DNA of 64,000 nucleotides from the NCBI GenBank assembly GCA_029762535.1, contig JARVGK010000001.1, forward strand, positions 32,368 to 96,367, given 5' to 3'. Shown piece after piece: positions 9,646 to 18,574 of the stretch. A program made the translations under genes and the position numbers. The first letter of the stretch is position 1, and the number at the start of each line of letters is the position of its first letter. The stretch comes from Thermoplasmatota archaeon. Its GTDB lineage: Archaea; Thermoplasmatota; Penumbrarchaeia; Penumbrarchaeales; Penumbrarchaeaceae. Under the pieces are notes generated by a model. The model was given only the letters and a program-made list of their open reading frames with translations. It did not search any database and was not told the DNA's origin.

Positions 9646-10189
9646 TGATGACCAGCATTGCTGCGGCCAGGAGTGGCGCGGCGAGGACCTCCCATCCGAG
9701 GGGCGATCTCTTTGCCTCTCCGTTACCGTTGCCATCATCGTCCTTACGCTCGAAATATATCGTTATCGTCTCGGAATTCTCGGTCGGATCGGTATCTCCA
9801 TCGGTCGCAGAGCCCTCGGCGGTGACGAAGAACCTGACGTCTATGAATTGATCCCCAGAGGGGTCCGTCTTCTCGAAGGGGCCGATGCTCGCCGTCCAGA
9901 TATCGCTATCGGCTGCTCTCGTCATATCTACGGGGATGTCAAGGCCGCAGTAGGTTTCCGTGCATAACGAGTATTTCAGGGTCACCTTGACAGGTTCGCA
10001 GTCTATGAACATGGGCGTCGCGTTGACTCTTATGACGTCATCGTGGGTCGGCTTCGTCGGCGAATACGATATGGAGCCTTCTTCCATCAATATCGCCGCT
10101 CCCTCGGCGTCGCTGATCATGAGCGTTGACAGGGCCATGAGCGAAAGTAACGATATGACCGCCATCGCTGAATATCCAATGTCCTTCAT
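9614..10189 (-). CDS. secreted protein with signal peptide and C-terminal TM anchor
   Basis: Start at internal MKDIGYSAMAVISLLSLMALSTLMISDAEG (signal-peptide-like); Asp/Gly-rich region; C-terminal GWEVLAAPLLAAAMLVIINRGRR. Confidence 0.4.
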   Translation of the reverse strand: MKDIGYSAMAVISLLSLMALSTLMISDAEGAAILMEEGSISYSPTKPTHDDVIRVNATPMFIDCEPVKVTLKYSLCTETYCGLDIPVDMTRAADSDIWTASIGPFEKTDPSGDQFIDVRFFVTAEGSATDGDTDPTENSETITIYFERKDDDGNGNGEAKRSPLGWEVLAAPLLAAAMLVIINRGRRVSLR

Positions 10190-10325
10190 GACCTCAAAGA
10201 GATGTGGCGGCCCTTTATCTATCTTTTCCGAAACGGCCCTCCATCGTCCCGAACGAGCATCACTCCATGGAAAGGGTTTAAATCGGCCCAATAGATTGCC
10301 CCCTTCATCTCTATGGGGGATAAAG

Positions 10326-11093
10326 ATGGAGACCGCCCTAGGAATAAAGCAGAGGATCATAGAGAAGATGGCCGACATCGACGCGGCGAAGTCGAGGTGG
10401 GTGGCCATAATGGTGTTCTTCCTCATCATCTTCGGAATAGCCCTGGGGATATTCTTCTCCCCCGCATCGGAGCTCGGCACCCAGAAGATGATCTATCAGA
10501 ACCTCAAGGTCAACGCCAACACCATAGACCGCTACGAGGTCGTGGCCGTTCCCGGCATGTTCACCATGACCTTCGAGGTGGAGATGGACGCTTCCCCGGG
10601 ACTCGAGAACAACTGGGTCTTCGCCTATCTATACAGGGATCAGCCCCCTGACATGAGCAAGGCCGAGGTGGAGGAGGACATGAGGCCGTTCCTCCTGTCT
10701 AACGCCTACCTTGCCCAGAGGCTCACATACGAAAGCAACAGGGTGGAATGGGTCGTCCCCTGGGTTGATTCGGGTTCAACGGTCTATTACGTGGTGCTAT
10801 ACAATCCCAAGAACCAGGAGAACCTCTATCAGGGCGACATGACCCCTGTTAAGGTGACCTCGTATTACGAGCCCACCCTTCCGCTTATACCGATCACATT
10901 CCTTTTCCTTCTGATAATAATCCCCCTGGGCATAGTCAGGATATACGTTCTGAACCAGAAGAAGAAGGAGCTGAGGATACAGCTGTCCCTGGACCTGGAC
11001 AACCTTTCGAACGAGGACAGGATCAGGCTGGGCATTCCAATGGAGCCCATGCCTCCCCCGGGGGCGAGGCAGGGCATGCCCCCCCCCAGTTGA
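10326..11093 (+). CDS. bitopic membrane protein with Pro-rich C-terminus
   Basis: Start METALGIKQR preceded by GGGGGATAAAG; TM WVAIMVFFLIIFGIALGIFF and LPLIPITFLFLLIIIPLGIV; divergent from the previous gene. Confidence 0.45.
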   Translation: METALGIKQRIIEKMADIDAAKSRWVAIMVFFLIIFGIALGIFFSPASELGTQKMIYQNLKVNANTIDRYEVVAVPGMFTMTFEVEMDASPGLENNWVFAYLYRDQPPDMSKAEVEEDMRPFLLSNAYLAQRLTYESNRVEWVVPWVDSGSTVYYVVLYNPKNQENLYQGDMTPVKVTSYYEPTLPLIPITFLFLLIIIPLGIVRIYVLNQKKKELRIQLSLDLDNLSNEDRIRLGIPMEPMPPPGARQGMPPPS

Positions 11094-11165
11094 GACCGGA
11101 CCACGTGAGATGGGCAACCCTTTTATGCCTCGACCACCTACCCTCTTCTCCCTAAACGAACGGGG

Positions 11166-12473
11166 GTGAATCATTTGGACGAGGACAGTCTTGCGCCCGT
11201 CATCCAGGAGATAAAAGGGGCGCTTCAGGATATGGATGAGGAAAAGCTGAGAGAGGAATTGAACAAGTACTTGATGTACGGGATAAACCTAAGAGAGGCC
11301 AGGAACGCGATCATCAGGAAATACGGTGGAAGGCCCAATACCGCATCGATCGGAACATTGGACCTAAAGGACCTGACAGGGGCCGAGAACAATTTCGATG
11401 TGATAGTGAGATGCATGGGTTGCAGCGAGAGGATGCTCAAGACCCAGAACGGGGAGAAGCCCCTTGTCATCGGGCTCCTGGCGGACAGGACCATGATCAG
11501 GCGTTTCTCTTCCTGGGAAGGGCACATGCTCGAGAAGGGCCGGACCTATGTGATCCACGGAGCCTCTGCCAGACCCTTCAGAGGTGAGGTGGAGATCAGT
11601 CTCGGACCCTACGCCACTTTCGAGGAGCCGGAAGAGGACCCGCTGGCTGACCTCGATGTCGGGGGCCTACCCAGATATGGCCCGCTCGTTCAGGTCAAGC
11701 TGAAGGACATACATCACGGCATGGGCAACGTAGAGGTCGTCGGGAAGATAATCGGGATGGAGGAAAAGACGATAACGGCCAACGATTCTCCAAAGAGGAT
11801 AATCGACGGTATGATGGCCGATGAGACCAAAAGGCTAAGGTTCACATGCTGGTCGGAACTGCCTTACAATGTTGGTGACGTTATCAGGGTCAAGGGTGCC
11901 TACGTCAAGGACTGGAGGGGGATCCCACAGGTGAATTTCGATGAAAGGGCCGAGATAGACCTGTTGGAAGATGTGGAGATCGACATAGAGGGCTCGAGGC
12001 GTCTTAACGCCGAGGACCTTCAGTTCGCGGGCGCGACCGATGTCGAGGTCAGGGGCGTCCTGATAGAGATCAGGGAGGGCTCCGGGCTGATATTCAGATG
12101 TCCTGTCTGCAATAGGGCGCTGACCTCTGGTACCTGCGCGGTCCATTCGGAACAGGAGGGGGTGCCCGATCTCAGGGTCAAGGTGGTAATAGACGACGGG
12201 ACCGGGTCGCTCTTCGCGGTCCTCAACACCGAGATCACGGAGGAGCTGCTTTGCATGGACGTCCCGGAATGCGTCAGGAAATACGGGACCACGGACGGAA
12301 GGGAGCTGATCGAACAGCTCAACAAAAGGCTCCTGGGCAGGACCTTCGTACTGCGAGGGAACGTGATCAAGGACGATTTCGGGTCCACCATGTTGCCGGG
12401 GTCGATCTCCGAGGATGAATTCCCCTATATGGATGAGGTCAAGAGCATCCTTGAAACCATGGAGGGATACTGA
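11166..12473 (+). CDS. replication protein A-like ssDNA-binding protein (OB folds plus Cys4 zinc finger)
   Basis: 435 aa; CPVCNRALTSGTCAVH zinc finger between OB-fold-like segments, typical of euryarchaeal RPA. Confidence 0.6.
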   Translation: MNHLDEDSLAPVIQEIKGALQDMDEEKLREELNKYLMYGINLREARNAIIRKYGGRPNTASIGTLDLKDLTGAENNFDVIVRCMGCSERMLKTQNGEKPLVIGLLADRTMIRRFSSWEGHMLEKGRTYVIHGASARPFRGEVEISLGPYATFEEPEEDPLADLDVGGLPRYGPLVQVKLKDIHHGMGNVEVVGKIIGMEEKTITANDSPKRIIDGMMADETKRLRFTCWSELPYNVGDVIRVKGAYVKDWRGIPQVNFDERAEIDLLEDVEIDIEGSRRLNAEDLQFAGATDVEVRGVLIEIREGSGLIFRCPVCNRALTSGTCAVHSEQEGVPDLRVKVVIDDGTGSLFAVLNTEITEELLCMDVPECVRKYGTTDGRELIEQLNKRLLGRTFVLRGNVIKDDFGSTMLPGSISEDEFPYMDEVKSILETMEGY

Positions 12474-13340
12474 ATGGTCAGAGGAAGGGAGACGGCGCAG
12501 AGGTTATTCGCCGTGGAATACAACTCCTCCAGGTTCGAGGACAGGGCCATAGAGGAGAACGCCCCGAACTACGTGATCACACCTCTGGGCAGTCATGTCA
12601 ACCGGCTCTTCTTCATGGGGGTGCTCATGAACAAGACCAATACCGGGACAGGTGATCTGCCGAACTTCAAAGCCGAGGTGAGGGACCCAACCGGGACGTT
12701 CTATCTCTATGCGGGGCAGTACCAGCCGCAGCCTTTGGCCGTGCTCTCGCATCTGGAGCCTCCAGCCCTCGTGGGCGTGGTCGGAAAGGTCCGGACGTTC
12801 ACCAAGGAAGATGGAACGTTCTATTCCTCCGTCAAACCCGAATCCATTTTCAAAGTGGACGTCCCGCAAAGGGACAGATGGGTCCTTGAGACGTCACGCT
12901 TCACCCTTGAAAGGATAAAGGCCTACGAGGACGTCTTGGAGATGGAGGAACCGTCCCTGGAATTACTGGCAGAGAAAGGCCATCCCACAAGGGCCGGGGA
13001 ATGCGCCTTGGACGCCTTGAGGCATTACGGGAGGTCCGAGGTCAAGGCCTACGCCGATGCCGTGAAGATCGCCCTCATGGCGGTGGTGGAGGGGAATGGA
13101 AGGCCGGTGGAAATTGGGAACGCCGAGCCCGTGAAGGAGGATATTGGCGAGGACGTCAAGGCCACCGTTCTCTCCATAATAAAGGAGCTTTCAGGGGAGC
13201 GAGGCGCTCTCTACAGGGACATAATGAAGGAGTGTGAGGCCCGCTCGATAGACAAGATAACATTGGAAGAGATCATTCAAGCGCTTCTCGATGAGGGTCA
13301 GGTTTACGAGCCAACCATAGGGCTCATCAAATCCATTTGA
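12474..13340 (+). CDS. RPA-associated subunit (RPA32-like: OB fold plus C-terminal winged helix)
   Basis: Immediately follows RPA with stop/start abutting (TGAATGG); N-terminal OB-like region, C-terminal helical wH-like ...ITLEEIIQALLDEGQVYEP. Confidence 0.45.
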   Translation: MVRGRETAQRLFAVEYNSSRFEDRAIEENAPNYVITPLGSHVNRLFFMGVLMNKTNTGTGDLPNFKAEVRDPTGTFYLYAGQYQPQPLAVLSHLEPPALVGVVGKVRTFTKEDGTFYSSVKPESIFKVDVPQRDRWVLETSRFTLERIKAYEDVLEMEEPSLELLAEKGHPTRAGECALDALRHYGRSEVKAYADAVKIALMAVVEGNGRPVEIGNAEPVKEDIGEDVKATVLSIIKELSGERGALYRDIMKECEARSIDKITLEEIIQALLDEGQVYEPTIGLIKSI

Positions 13341-13359
13341 TCGGAATGGAGGCCAAGAC

Positions 13360-13977
13360 TTGTCCCGTGAATGGATCAGGAATAGGAAAGCGGACCATTA
13401 CCATCGGAGGGCGACCCATGAGGGATACAGGTCCAGGGCTGCCTACAAGCTCAAGGAGATCGACGACCGGATCGGCATGCTCAAGATCGGATCGAGGGTC
13501 CTCGACGTCGGAGCGTCCCCAGGGGGGTGGTCACAGGTGGCCAAAGAGCGAGTGGGGGACGGTATCGTCGTCGCAGTGGACCTCGGGGACATGCCACCCA
13601 TAGATGGTGTGTCCTTCATCAGGGGGGATATATCGGAGAGGGCCACCATCGATAGGATCAAGGACATATGCCAGGAGTTCGATGTCGTGCTGTCGGATGC
13701 CTCACCCAGGTTATCCGGTAACAAGGTCTATGACAGGGGGAGGGACCTCGCTCTTTGCTGGTCCGTTATGGAGCTGGCACAGGAGATGCTCAGGCCGGGG
13801 GGAACTACCGTCATAAAGATGTTCCAGGGCGACGAGCTCATCGAGCTGAGGGAACATTTTTCCATTATGTACCGGTCCGTTGACACCCTGAAGCCCAGGA
13901 GCTCCCTCAACAGGTCAAGTGAGGTCTATCTCGCCTTCAGAAGGCTGCTCCGAGATCATCCAGCACCCGGTGCATGA
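13360..13977 (+). CDS. rlmE: 23S rRNA (uridine-2'-O)-methyltransferase RlmE/FtsJ
   Basis: YRSRAAYKLKEIDDRIGMLKIGSRVLDVGASPGGWSQVA...VVLSDASP: canonical FtsJ SAM-binding motifs. Confidence 0.9.
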   Translation: MSREWIRNRKADHYHRRATHEGYRSRAAYKLKEIDDRIGMLKIGSRVLDVGASPGGWSQVAKERVGDGIVVAVDLGDMPPIDGVSFIRGDISERATIDRIKDICQEFDVVLSDASPRLSGNKVYDRGRDLALCWSVMELAQEMLRPGGTTVIKMFQGDELIELREHFSIMYRSVDTLKPRSSLNRSSEVYLAFRRLLRDHPAPGA

Positions 13978-14307
13978 GGAGGATCCCTCGGGGACCTCGG
14001 TGCCGCAGTAGGGACAGAGCCCGGGAGTGGAGGAAGCCGAGAGCGGCGGATTCGAATCCAGGAGGTCCCTGTACCTGGAGAGCATCTCCCCATCGCATAG
14101 ATGGGAACCGTTGTTCTCCTGCGATGGATCGGAATAATCTGCGAAGTCGGCGAACAGAGCTCGCCCCTCGTACATCGGCTCCTGGGCGTAACCCGAGAAC
14201 CTCGCTCTGCAGCTGCTGCAGTAATAGACAACCAACCCGTCCGGGCTGTAGAAAGGCAGCAGCACTCCGGAGCCGCAGGCCCTGCATTCGGCCAGTTCGA
14301 CCATCAT
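13915..14307 (-). CDS. double zinc-ribbon protein
   Basis: Start at ATGATG preceded by a strong SD (GAGGTGATT); CRACG...CSSC and CPYCG...CTGC pairs; 3' end overlaps the rlmE 3' end by 63 bp (convergent). Confidence 0.4.
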   Translation of the reverse strand: MMVELAECRACGSGVLLPFYSPDGLVVYYCSSCRARFSGYAQEPMYEGRALFADFADYSDPSQENNGSHLCDGEMLSRYRDLLDSNPPLSASSTPGLCPYCGTEVPEGSSSCTGCWMISEQPSEGEIDLT

Positions 14308-14338
14308 AATCACCTCTTGAGGTGTAACCGGCACCTGA

Positions 14339-15001
14339 TTATTTAAAACTAGGTCGCCCCTTTCCGATGTCGATCCCAACGATGCCGTCCAAGACCTTCT
14401 CGACATTCTCTCTGATCCCAGCCTTCAAAGCTTCCTGCTCCAGTCTGTCCGCCTCGACCCGTGTTATCGGATATCTTGGTGCGGCCATGCATGAAGGGGC
14501 GTCCTTTATTGATAGGTCGAAGGTGCCGATCCCTTTGGCTATGGACTCGATGTCCAGCTTGTCAAAGCCGATCAGAGGCCTCACCACAGGATGCATCAAA
14601 CCATGGCCCACCGCCGCAAGGTTGTGAAGGGTCTGCGAAGCGACCTGTCCGAGGGAATCGCCCATAACGATCAGGTCCGCGCCTACCCTTTCGCAGAACC
14701 CGTCCGCAACCATGAGCATCGCCCTTTTACAGAGAAGGCACGTGTACTTCGGGTTCGAGCTGTGCTCGAAGGAGGATAGGTTGATCTCATGCATGGCCCG
14801 ATAAAGGGCGACCCTTCCGGGATGGAGTTCCTCCAATCTGCTTGCGATGGAGAGTATCTTCTCAGAATCATCACCACCGGAGAACCTGCCCGAGTTCATA
14901 TTCAATATCGCGACATCATACCCCTTACGCAGTATCATATGGGTGGCGACCGGGGAATCGATACCGCCGGACATCAGCGAGACGGACCTCAGATCACGCA
15001 C
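14339..15001 (-). CDS. ThiI-like PP-loop ATP pyrophosphatase domain protein (tRNA 4-thiouridine synthase C-terminal-domain type, no THUMP domain)
   Basis: SGGIDSPVA PP-loop at residues 10-18, GDSLGQVASQTL, RPLIGFDK, CLLCK; only 220 aa versus ~390 aa for full ThiI; GTG start. Confidence 0.7.
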   Translation of the reverse strand: MRDLRSVSLMSGGIDSPVATHMILRKGYDVAILNMNSGRFSGGDDSEKILSIASRLEELHPGRVALYRAMHEINLSSFEHSSNPKYTCLLCKRAMLMVADGFCERVGADLIVMGDSLGQVASQTLHNLAAVGHGLMHPVVRPLIGFDKLDIESIAKGIGTFDLSIKDAPSCMAAPRYPITRVEADRLEQEALKAGIRENVEKVLDGIVGIDIGKGRPSFK

Positions 15002-15299
15002 CTCCGAGGCGTTCTATCAGCTTCGCGAGCCGCATCACGTCATCCGGATCTATCTTGAACTCCTCTATGAATGGGCATCCCTCGTCAAGGCACGGGACCA
15101 TCGATGCTACGTCCATCACCAGAGGGTACAATCCGCAGCCCTCCGGCCTGATCTCGTATATCCCGCATCTTCCAAGTGGATCGAGGAAGAAGCACCGGCC
15201 ATTGACGTTCCTCAGCGTCAGGGCATCGTCCATATGGATGTGGAAACCGGAGAACCCCGCCTCCGTGATCCTCTTAACGTCCTCCGGTGTCAGCTCCAT
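14994..15299 (-). CDS. YkgJ/UPF0153-type putative Fe-S/zinc-chelating domain protein (coding region probably extends upstream of the first ATG)
   Basis: C..YE.RP..C..YP segment (GRCGIYEIRPEGCGLYP). In-frame CRRHSCSHCC (Cx4Cx2CC) lies immediately 5' of the ATG at 15299, with no ATG/GTG/TTG before the next stop. Confidence 0.5.
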   Translation of the reverse strand: MELTPEDVKRITEAGFSGFHIHMDDALTLRNVNGRCFFLDPLGRCGIYEIRPEGCGLYPLVMDVASMVPCLDEGCPFIEEFKIDPDDVMRLAKLIERLGGA

Positions 15300-15355
15300 C
15301 TCGGTGCCGATGCAGCAGTGGCTGCAGCTGTGCCTTCGGCATACATCACCGCCCG

Positions 15356-15847
15356 TCAGACCCTCTTACCCCCCTCGATCGTGACCCCCGTCTGACCCTG
15401 ATAGTTGCCGGACCTCTCCTCGTAAAGCTTCCCCGGAGGCGAGGACAGCTTGAGGAACACGATCTGGAACAGCCTCTCCCCTATGGGGATCGCTATCCTC
15501 TCCGGGCCCGCGTTCGCCATCGAGACGGTGAGCGTGCCCTTGAAGCCCGCATCCACCATGCCGAAACCGCCCATGAGCCCCTTCCTCAAATAAGTGGTCC
15601 TCAGCCAGAGGTTGGCTCCGAGGTCCGGGGGCATCTCTATGCGCTCTTTCGTGGATACCAGGCACCACATGCCGGGATCCAGGTACGCCTGCCCGATGGT
15701 GACTTTGGATTCGGGGTCCCTGTAATAAACCTCGGACACGGTCAGGTCGTATCCGTTTGGGGTAAGGTTCTTCTCCCGAAAGGGATCGATCCTGAGCGTT
15801 CCTTTCTGCAGTAGATCGATGATGTTCTGGTCCGAAAGGATGGTCAT
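15356..15847 (-). CDS. dcd: dCTP deaminase / dUTPase-family protein
   Basis: MTILSDQNIIDLLQKGTLRIDPF...NGYDLTV...; size 163 aa. Confidence 0.8.
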   Translation of the reverse strand: MTILSDQNIIDLLQKGTLRIDPFREKNLTPNGYDLTVSEVYYRDPESKVTIGQAYLDPGMWCLVSTKERIEMPPDLGANLWLRTTYLRKGLMGGFGMVDAGFKGTLTVSMANAGPERIAIPIGERLFQIVFLKLSSPPGKLYEERSGNYQGQTGVTIEGGKRV

Positions 15848-15891
15848 ATGACCGTTAATGTACGAAGAGCTTAAAGCCTTTGTCCAAGACC

Positions 15892-17091
15892 CTATGTATG
15901 TTGAGGATCCTCAGCGACCCCGGGATGAGGGCCGTAAACAGGCTTTCCGTAGAAAACGGTCTCGGCCCCCATCCTTGCGGTGTGTAGGTCGCCAAGGGCC
16001 GTCATCCTTCCGGTCGGGAGGGGCCCTGGTCCGCCGAACGCCGGTATGACCACGCTGATGAGGACATCGACCGCCCCCTCCTCCATCGTCCGAACCGCGG
16101 CCTCGGACCTCCCGTCCATCAACACGGAACCCATGCCATGTTCCATGAGAAGGCTCGGGACCATCTTTCCCGATGTATCCCATTGCGGCCGGGTCAGGGA
16201 CCCGCCGCGATGGATGGTACCTTCCGGATCCACGTATCCCTCCATCTCGCTGCTTAGCCTGCGGCCCAGTATTTCAAAGGCCTCGCTACGAACATCGTAA
16301 GGCACCCTTCCGTCGAGGGACGACAGGCGCATCACAGCGATGAAAGGTCCGGCTCGCTTCTTTTCCCTGGCCCTGGATATGTACCTCAGAAGGTCCCCGG
16401 TCTCCAGCATGAAGGGATGGAGGTCCTCCTCCAATCTGTGCCCCATTCGCTCTATCTTGGTCCTTATATAGAAGAGGTTGTCCGGTCCGATATCCGGGTC
16501 CGTCCTGACCATGCCGGAGATGGCCATTCCCAGCCTCCTGAGCTTTTCGACCTTGTCGGGGTTGTTCGTGATCAATCTGATCGAGCGGGCGCCTAATGCG
16601 TCCAGGATGGACTTCGCCGCGGCGTAGTCCCTCTCCTCTGCGCGATGGCCCAGGGCGAGGTTCGCATCCACCGTATCGTAACCTCTGTCCTGCAGGTTGT
16701 AGGCCTTTAGCTTCTGGGCGAGCCCGATACCCCGCCCCTCCTGCCTCAGATACACGAGGACGCCTCGCTCCTCCTCGCTGAGCATCCTCATGGCCTGATG
16801 TAGCTGCGGACCGCAGTCGCATCGCAGGGATCCGAACAGATCACCAGTGAGGCATTCGGAATGCACCCGTGTCAAAACATGTTCAGCGCCATGCACATCT
16901 CCCTTGACGAGGGCGATATGCTCCTTGCCCGCCCCGTCCCTGAAGAGATGGATCCTGAACCCACCCTCCTTGGTGGGAAGCCTGGTGGCAACCTCATGGA
17001 GAAGACCCCCGTGAAGTGTTTTTTCGGAACTGATCAAAGATAAGGGGTACCCTTCCTGTCCTATACGGGTCAGAGTTTCTGTAGGTGGCAT
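15892..17091 (-). CDS. ribA: GTP cyclohydrolase II fused to a RibD-C-type (diaminohydroxyphosphoribosylaminopyrimidine) reductase-like domain
   Basis: RVHSECLTGDLFGSLRCDCGPQL (RibA zinc/active-site motif); C-terminal half begins AVMRLSSLDGRVP, like the RibD C-terminal reductase SLDGKIA start. Confidence 0.75.
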   Translation of the reverse strand: MPPTETLTRIGQEGYPLSLISSEKTLHGGLLHEVATRLPTKEGGFRIHLFRDGAGKEHIALVKGDVHGAEHVLTRVHSECLTGDLFGSLRCDCGPQLHQAMRMLSEEERGVLVYLRQEGRGIGLAQKLKAYNLQDRGYDTVDANLALGHRAEERDYAAAKSILDALGARSIRLITNNPDKVEKLRRLGMAISGMVRTDPDIGPDNLFYIRTKIERMGHRLEEDLHPFMLETGDLLRYISRAREKKRAGPFIAVMRLSSLDGRVPYDVRSEAFEILGRRLSSEMEGYVDPEGTIHRGGSLTRPQWDTSGKMVPSLLMEHGMGSVLMDGRSEAAVRTMEEGAVDVLISVVIPAFGGPGPLPTGRMTALGDLHTARMGAETVFYGKPVYGPHPGVAEDPQHT

Positions 17092-17238
17092 TTTTCACAC
17101 CCTCCATGTAACTTCGGGGCTTGCCCCATGGATACATACAGGGATGAAGAAGAAGTCGTTTTGCATATATCCGACCCCTTACATTTACGGAAGGAGGTCT
17201 AATAGGGCCGAATCTTCGAACGCAAGCGATGATGGCCC

Positions 17239-18459
17239 CTATCCGGTATGCCTTCTCATGAAGTTCCCCATCCTCTCGAATGCCTCCTGCAACATTTCCT
17301 CTGTCGGGAGGATGACGATGCGGAAATGCCCGGACCCGTGCTCCTCACCGAATCCCGATCCGAAAACCGTAAGGACCTTTTCCTCGTTGAGGAGGTCCAG
17401 GACGAACTCCTTATCGGTGTTCCAACCTTCTTGGGCCATACCGTCTATGCGGGGGAACATGTAGAAGGCACCTCCGGGGTTCTGGACCGAGATCCCCTCG
17501 ATCTCGTTCAGCATCCTGAAGGAGAGGTCCCTCCTCCTTCTGAGCCTGGACATCGTATCTGATATATGGTCCCTAGGGCCCGAGAGCGCGCGGGCGTAGG
17601 CGTGCTGGCAGATCGAGTTCACGCACAGCCTCGCCCTGGCCTGCCTCTCGATGCCGTCCCTTATCTCGGAGAGCCTCTCATCGACGTCCCTTATGGAGAG
17701 ATAGCCTATCCTCCATCCCGGGGCGAGGTATATCTTCGAGATCCCGTTCATGGTGATGGTGGGAACGTCCGGACAAACCCTTGCCGTCGATGGCGCGGGG
17801 TCGGAGAAGGACATGAGATCGTATATCTCGTCGGATATGAGGAAGCTCTTACCTTGTTCGGCGACCAGGTCCCCGATGCTCCTTATCACGCTTTCGGGGT
17901 AGAGTGCGCCGGTGGGATTGTTCGGGTTTATGATGCATACGGCCTTGGTCCTCGGGCCCATGCGTCTGCGTATGTCGTCTATGTCCGGGATCCAGCCCTC
18001 GTCCTCGATGCATCCGTAGGGGATCGGTCTTGCCCCCACCATCTTGCAGTAGGTGATGTAAGGAGGGTATGAGGGGCCCGGGATCAGGACCTCGTCACCG
18101 GGCGAGAGCGAGGCGTAGAATATGAGCTGGAGCGCCTCGGTGACTCCGTGGGTGACCGTTACATCCTCCTCTGCTATCGCGTTCCCCCTGGAGTTCTCGT
18201 CCCGGACGATCTCGGATAGGAGCCCGGGTAGTCCGGGCGAGGGAGCATAGCCGTTGAGATCCTCCTCAAGGCCCTCCTTGACGGCGTCCTTTATGAATCG
18301 GGGCGTATCGAAATCGTATTTGTTGGGATCCCCTATGTTGAGCTTTATGATCCTGTGGCCCTGCCTCTCGAGGCGGTTGGCTGGCAGGACGACGTCCCTG
18401 ATGGCGTACTCTATGTCGAGGGCATTCGGGTTTGCCGGGACCTTCATCGTATCACACAA
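17239..18459 (-). CDS. PLP-dependent aminotransferase, class I/II (Asp/Ala aminotransferase-like)
   Basis: 406 aa; NPNNPTG (SxxK-region context), typical fold-type I architecture; probable start at MKVPANPNA. Confidence 0.8.
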   Translation of the reverse strand: MCDTMKVPANPNALDIEYAIRDVVLPANRLERQGHRIIKLNIGDPNKYDFDTPRFIKDAVKEGLEEDLNGYAPSPGLPGLLSEIVRDENSRGNAIAEEDVTVTHGVTEALQLIFYASLSPGDEVLIPGPSYPPYITYCKMVGARPIPYGCIEDEGWIPDIDDIRRRMGPRTKAVCIINPNNPTGALYPESVIRSIGDLVAEQGKSFLISDEIYDLMSFSDPAPSTARVCPDVPTITMNGISKIYLAPGWRIGYLSIRDVDERLSEIRDGIERQARARLCVNSICQHAYARALSGPRDHISDTMSRLRRRRDLSFRMLNEIEGISVQNPGGAFYMFPRIDGMAQEGWNTDKEFVLDLLNEEKVLTVFGSGFGEEHGSGHFRIVILPTEEMLQEAFERMGNFMRRHTG

Positions 18460-18475
18460 CAGTGTATGCGGTGCA

Positions 18476-18515
18476 CTTATAAGAAAATACCAGATGTAAA
18501 AACAATTTTATAAGA
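18476..18515. promoter_or_regulatory. divergent promoter region with two TATA-like boxes (cttataag for the minus-strand aminotransferase, ttttataag for aIF-1A)
   Basis: AT-rich 115-bp spacer between divergent starts; box at 18476-18483 is ~20 bp from the minus-strand start (leaderless-like); box at 18507-18515 is ~60 bp from the 18575 ATG. Confidence 0.4.
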
Positions 18516-18574
18516 CCTCAAGCATAGCAAGCTGACCGAAACGGGGCCAGGATCCGCATCGGCAGGCAGGAATA

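Noticed and set aside
15287-15814. 175-aa plus-strand ORF antisense to dcd and the YkgJ-like gene
   Set aside because: Overlaps two minus-strand genes with recognisable domains; His/Arg/Pro-rich composition; starts with GTG only.
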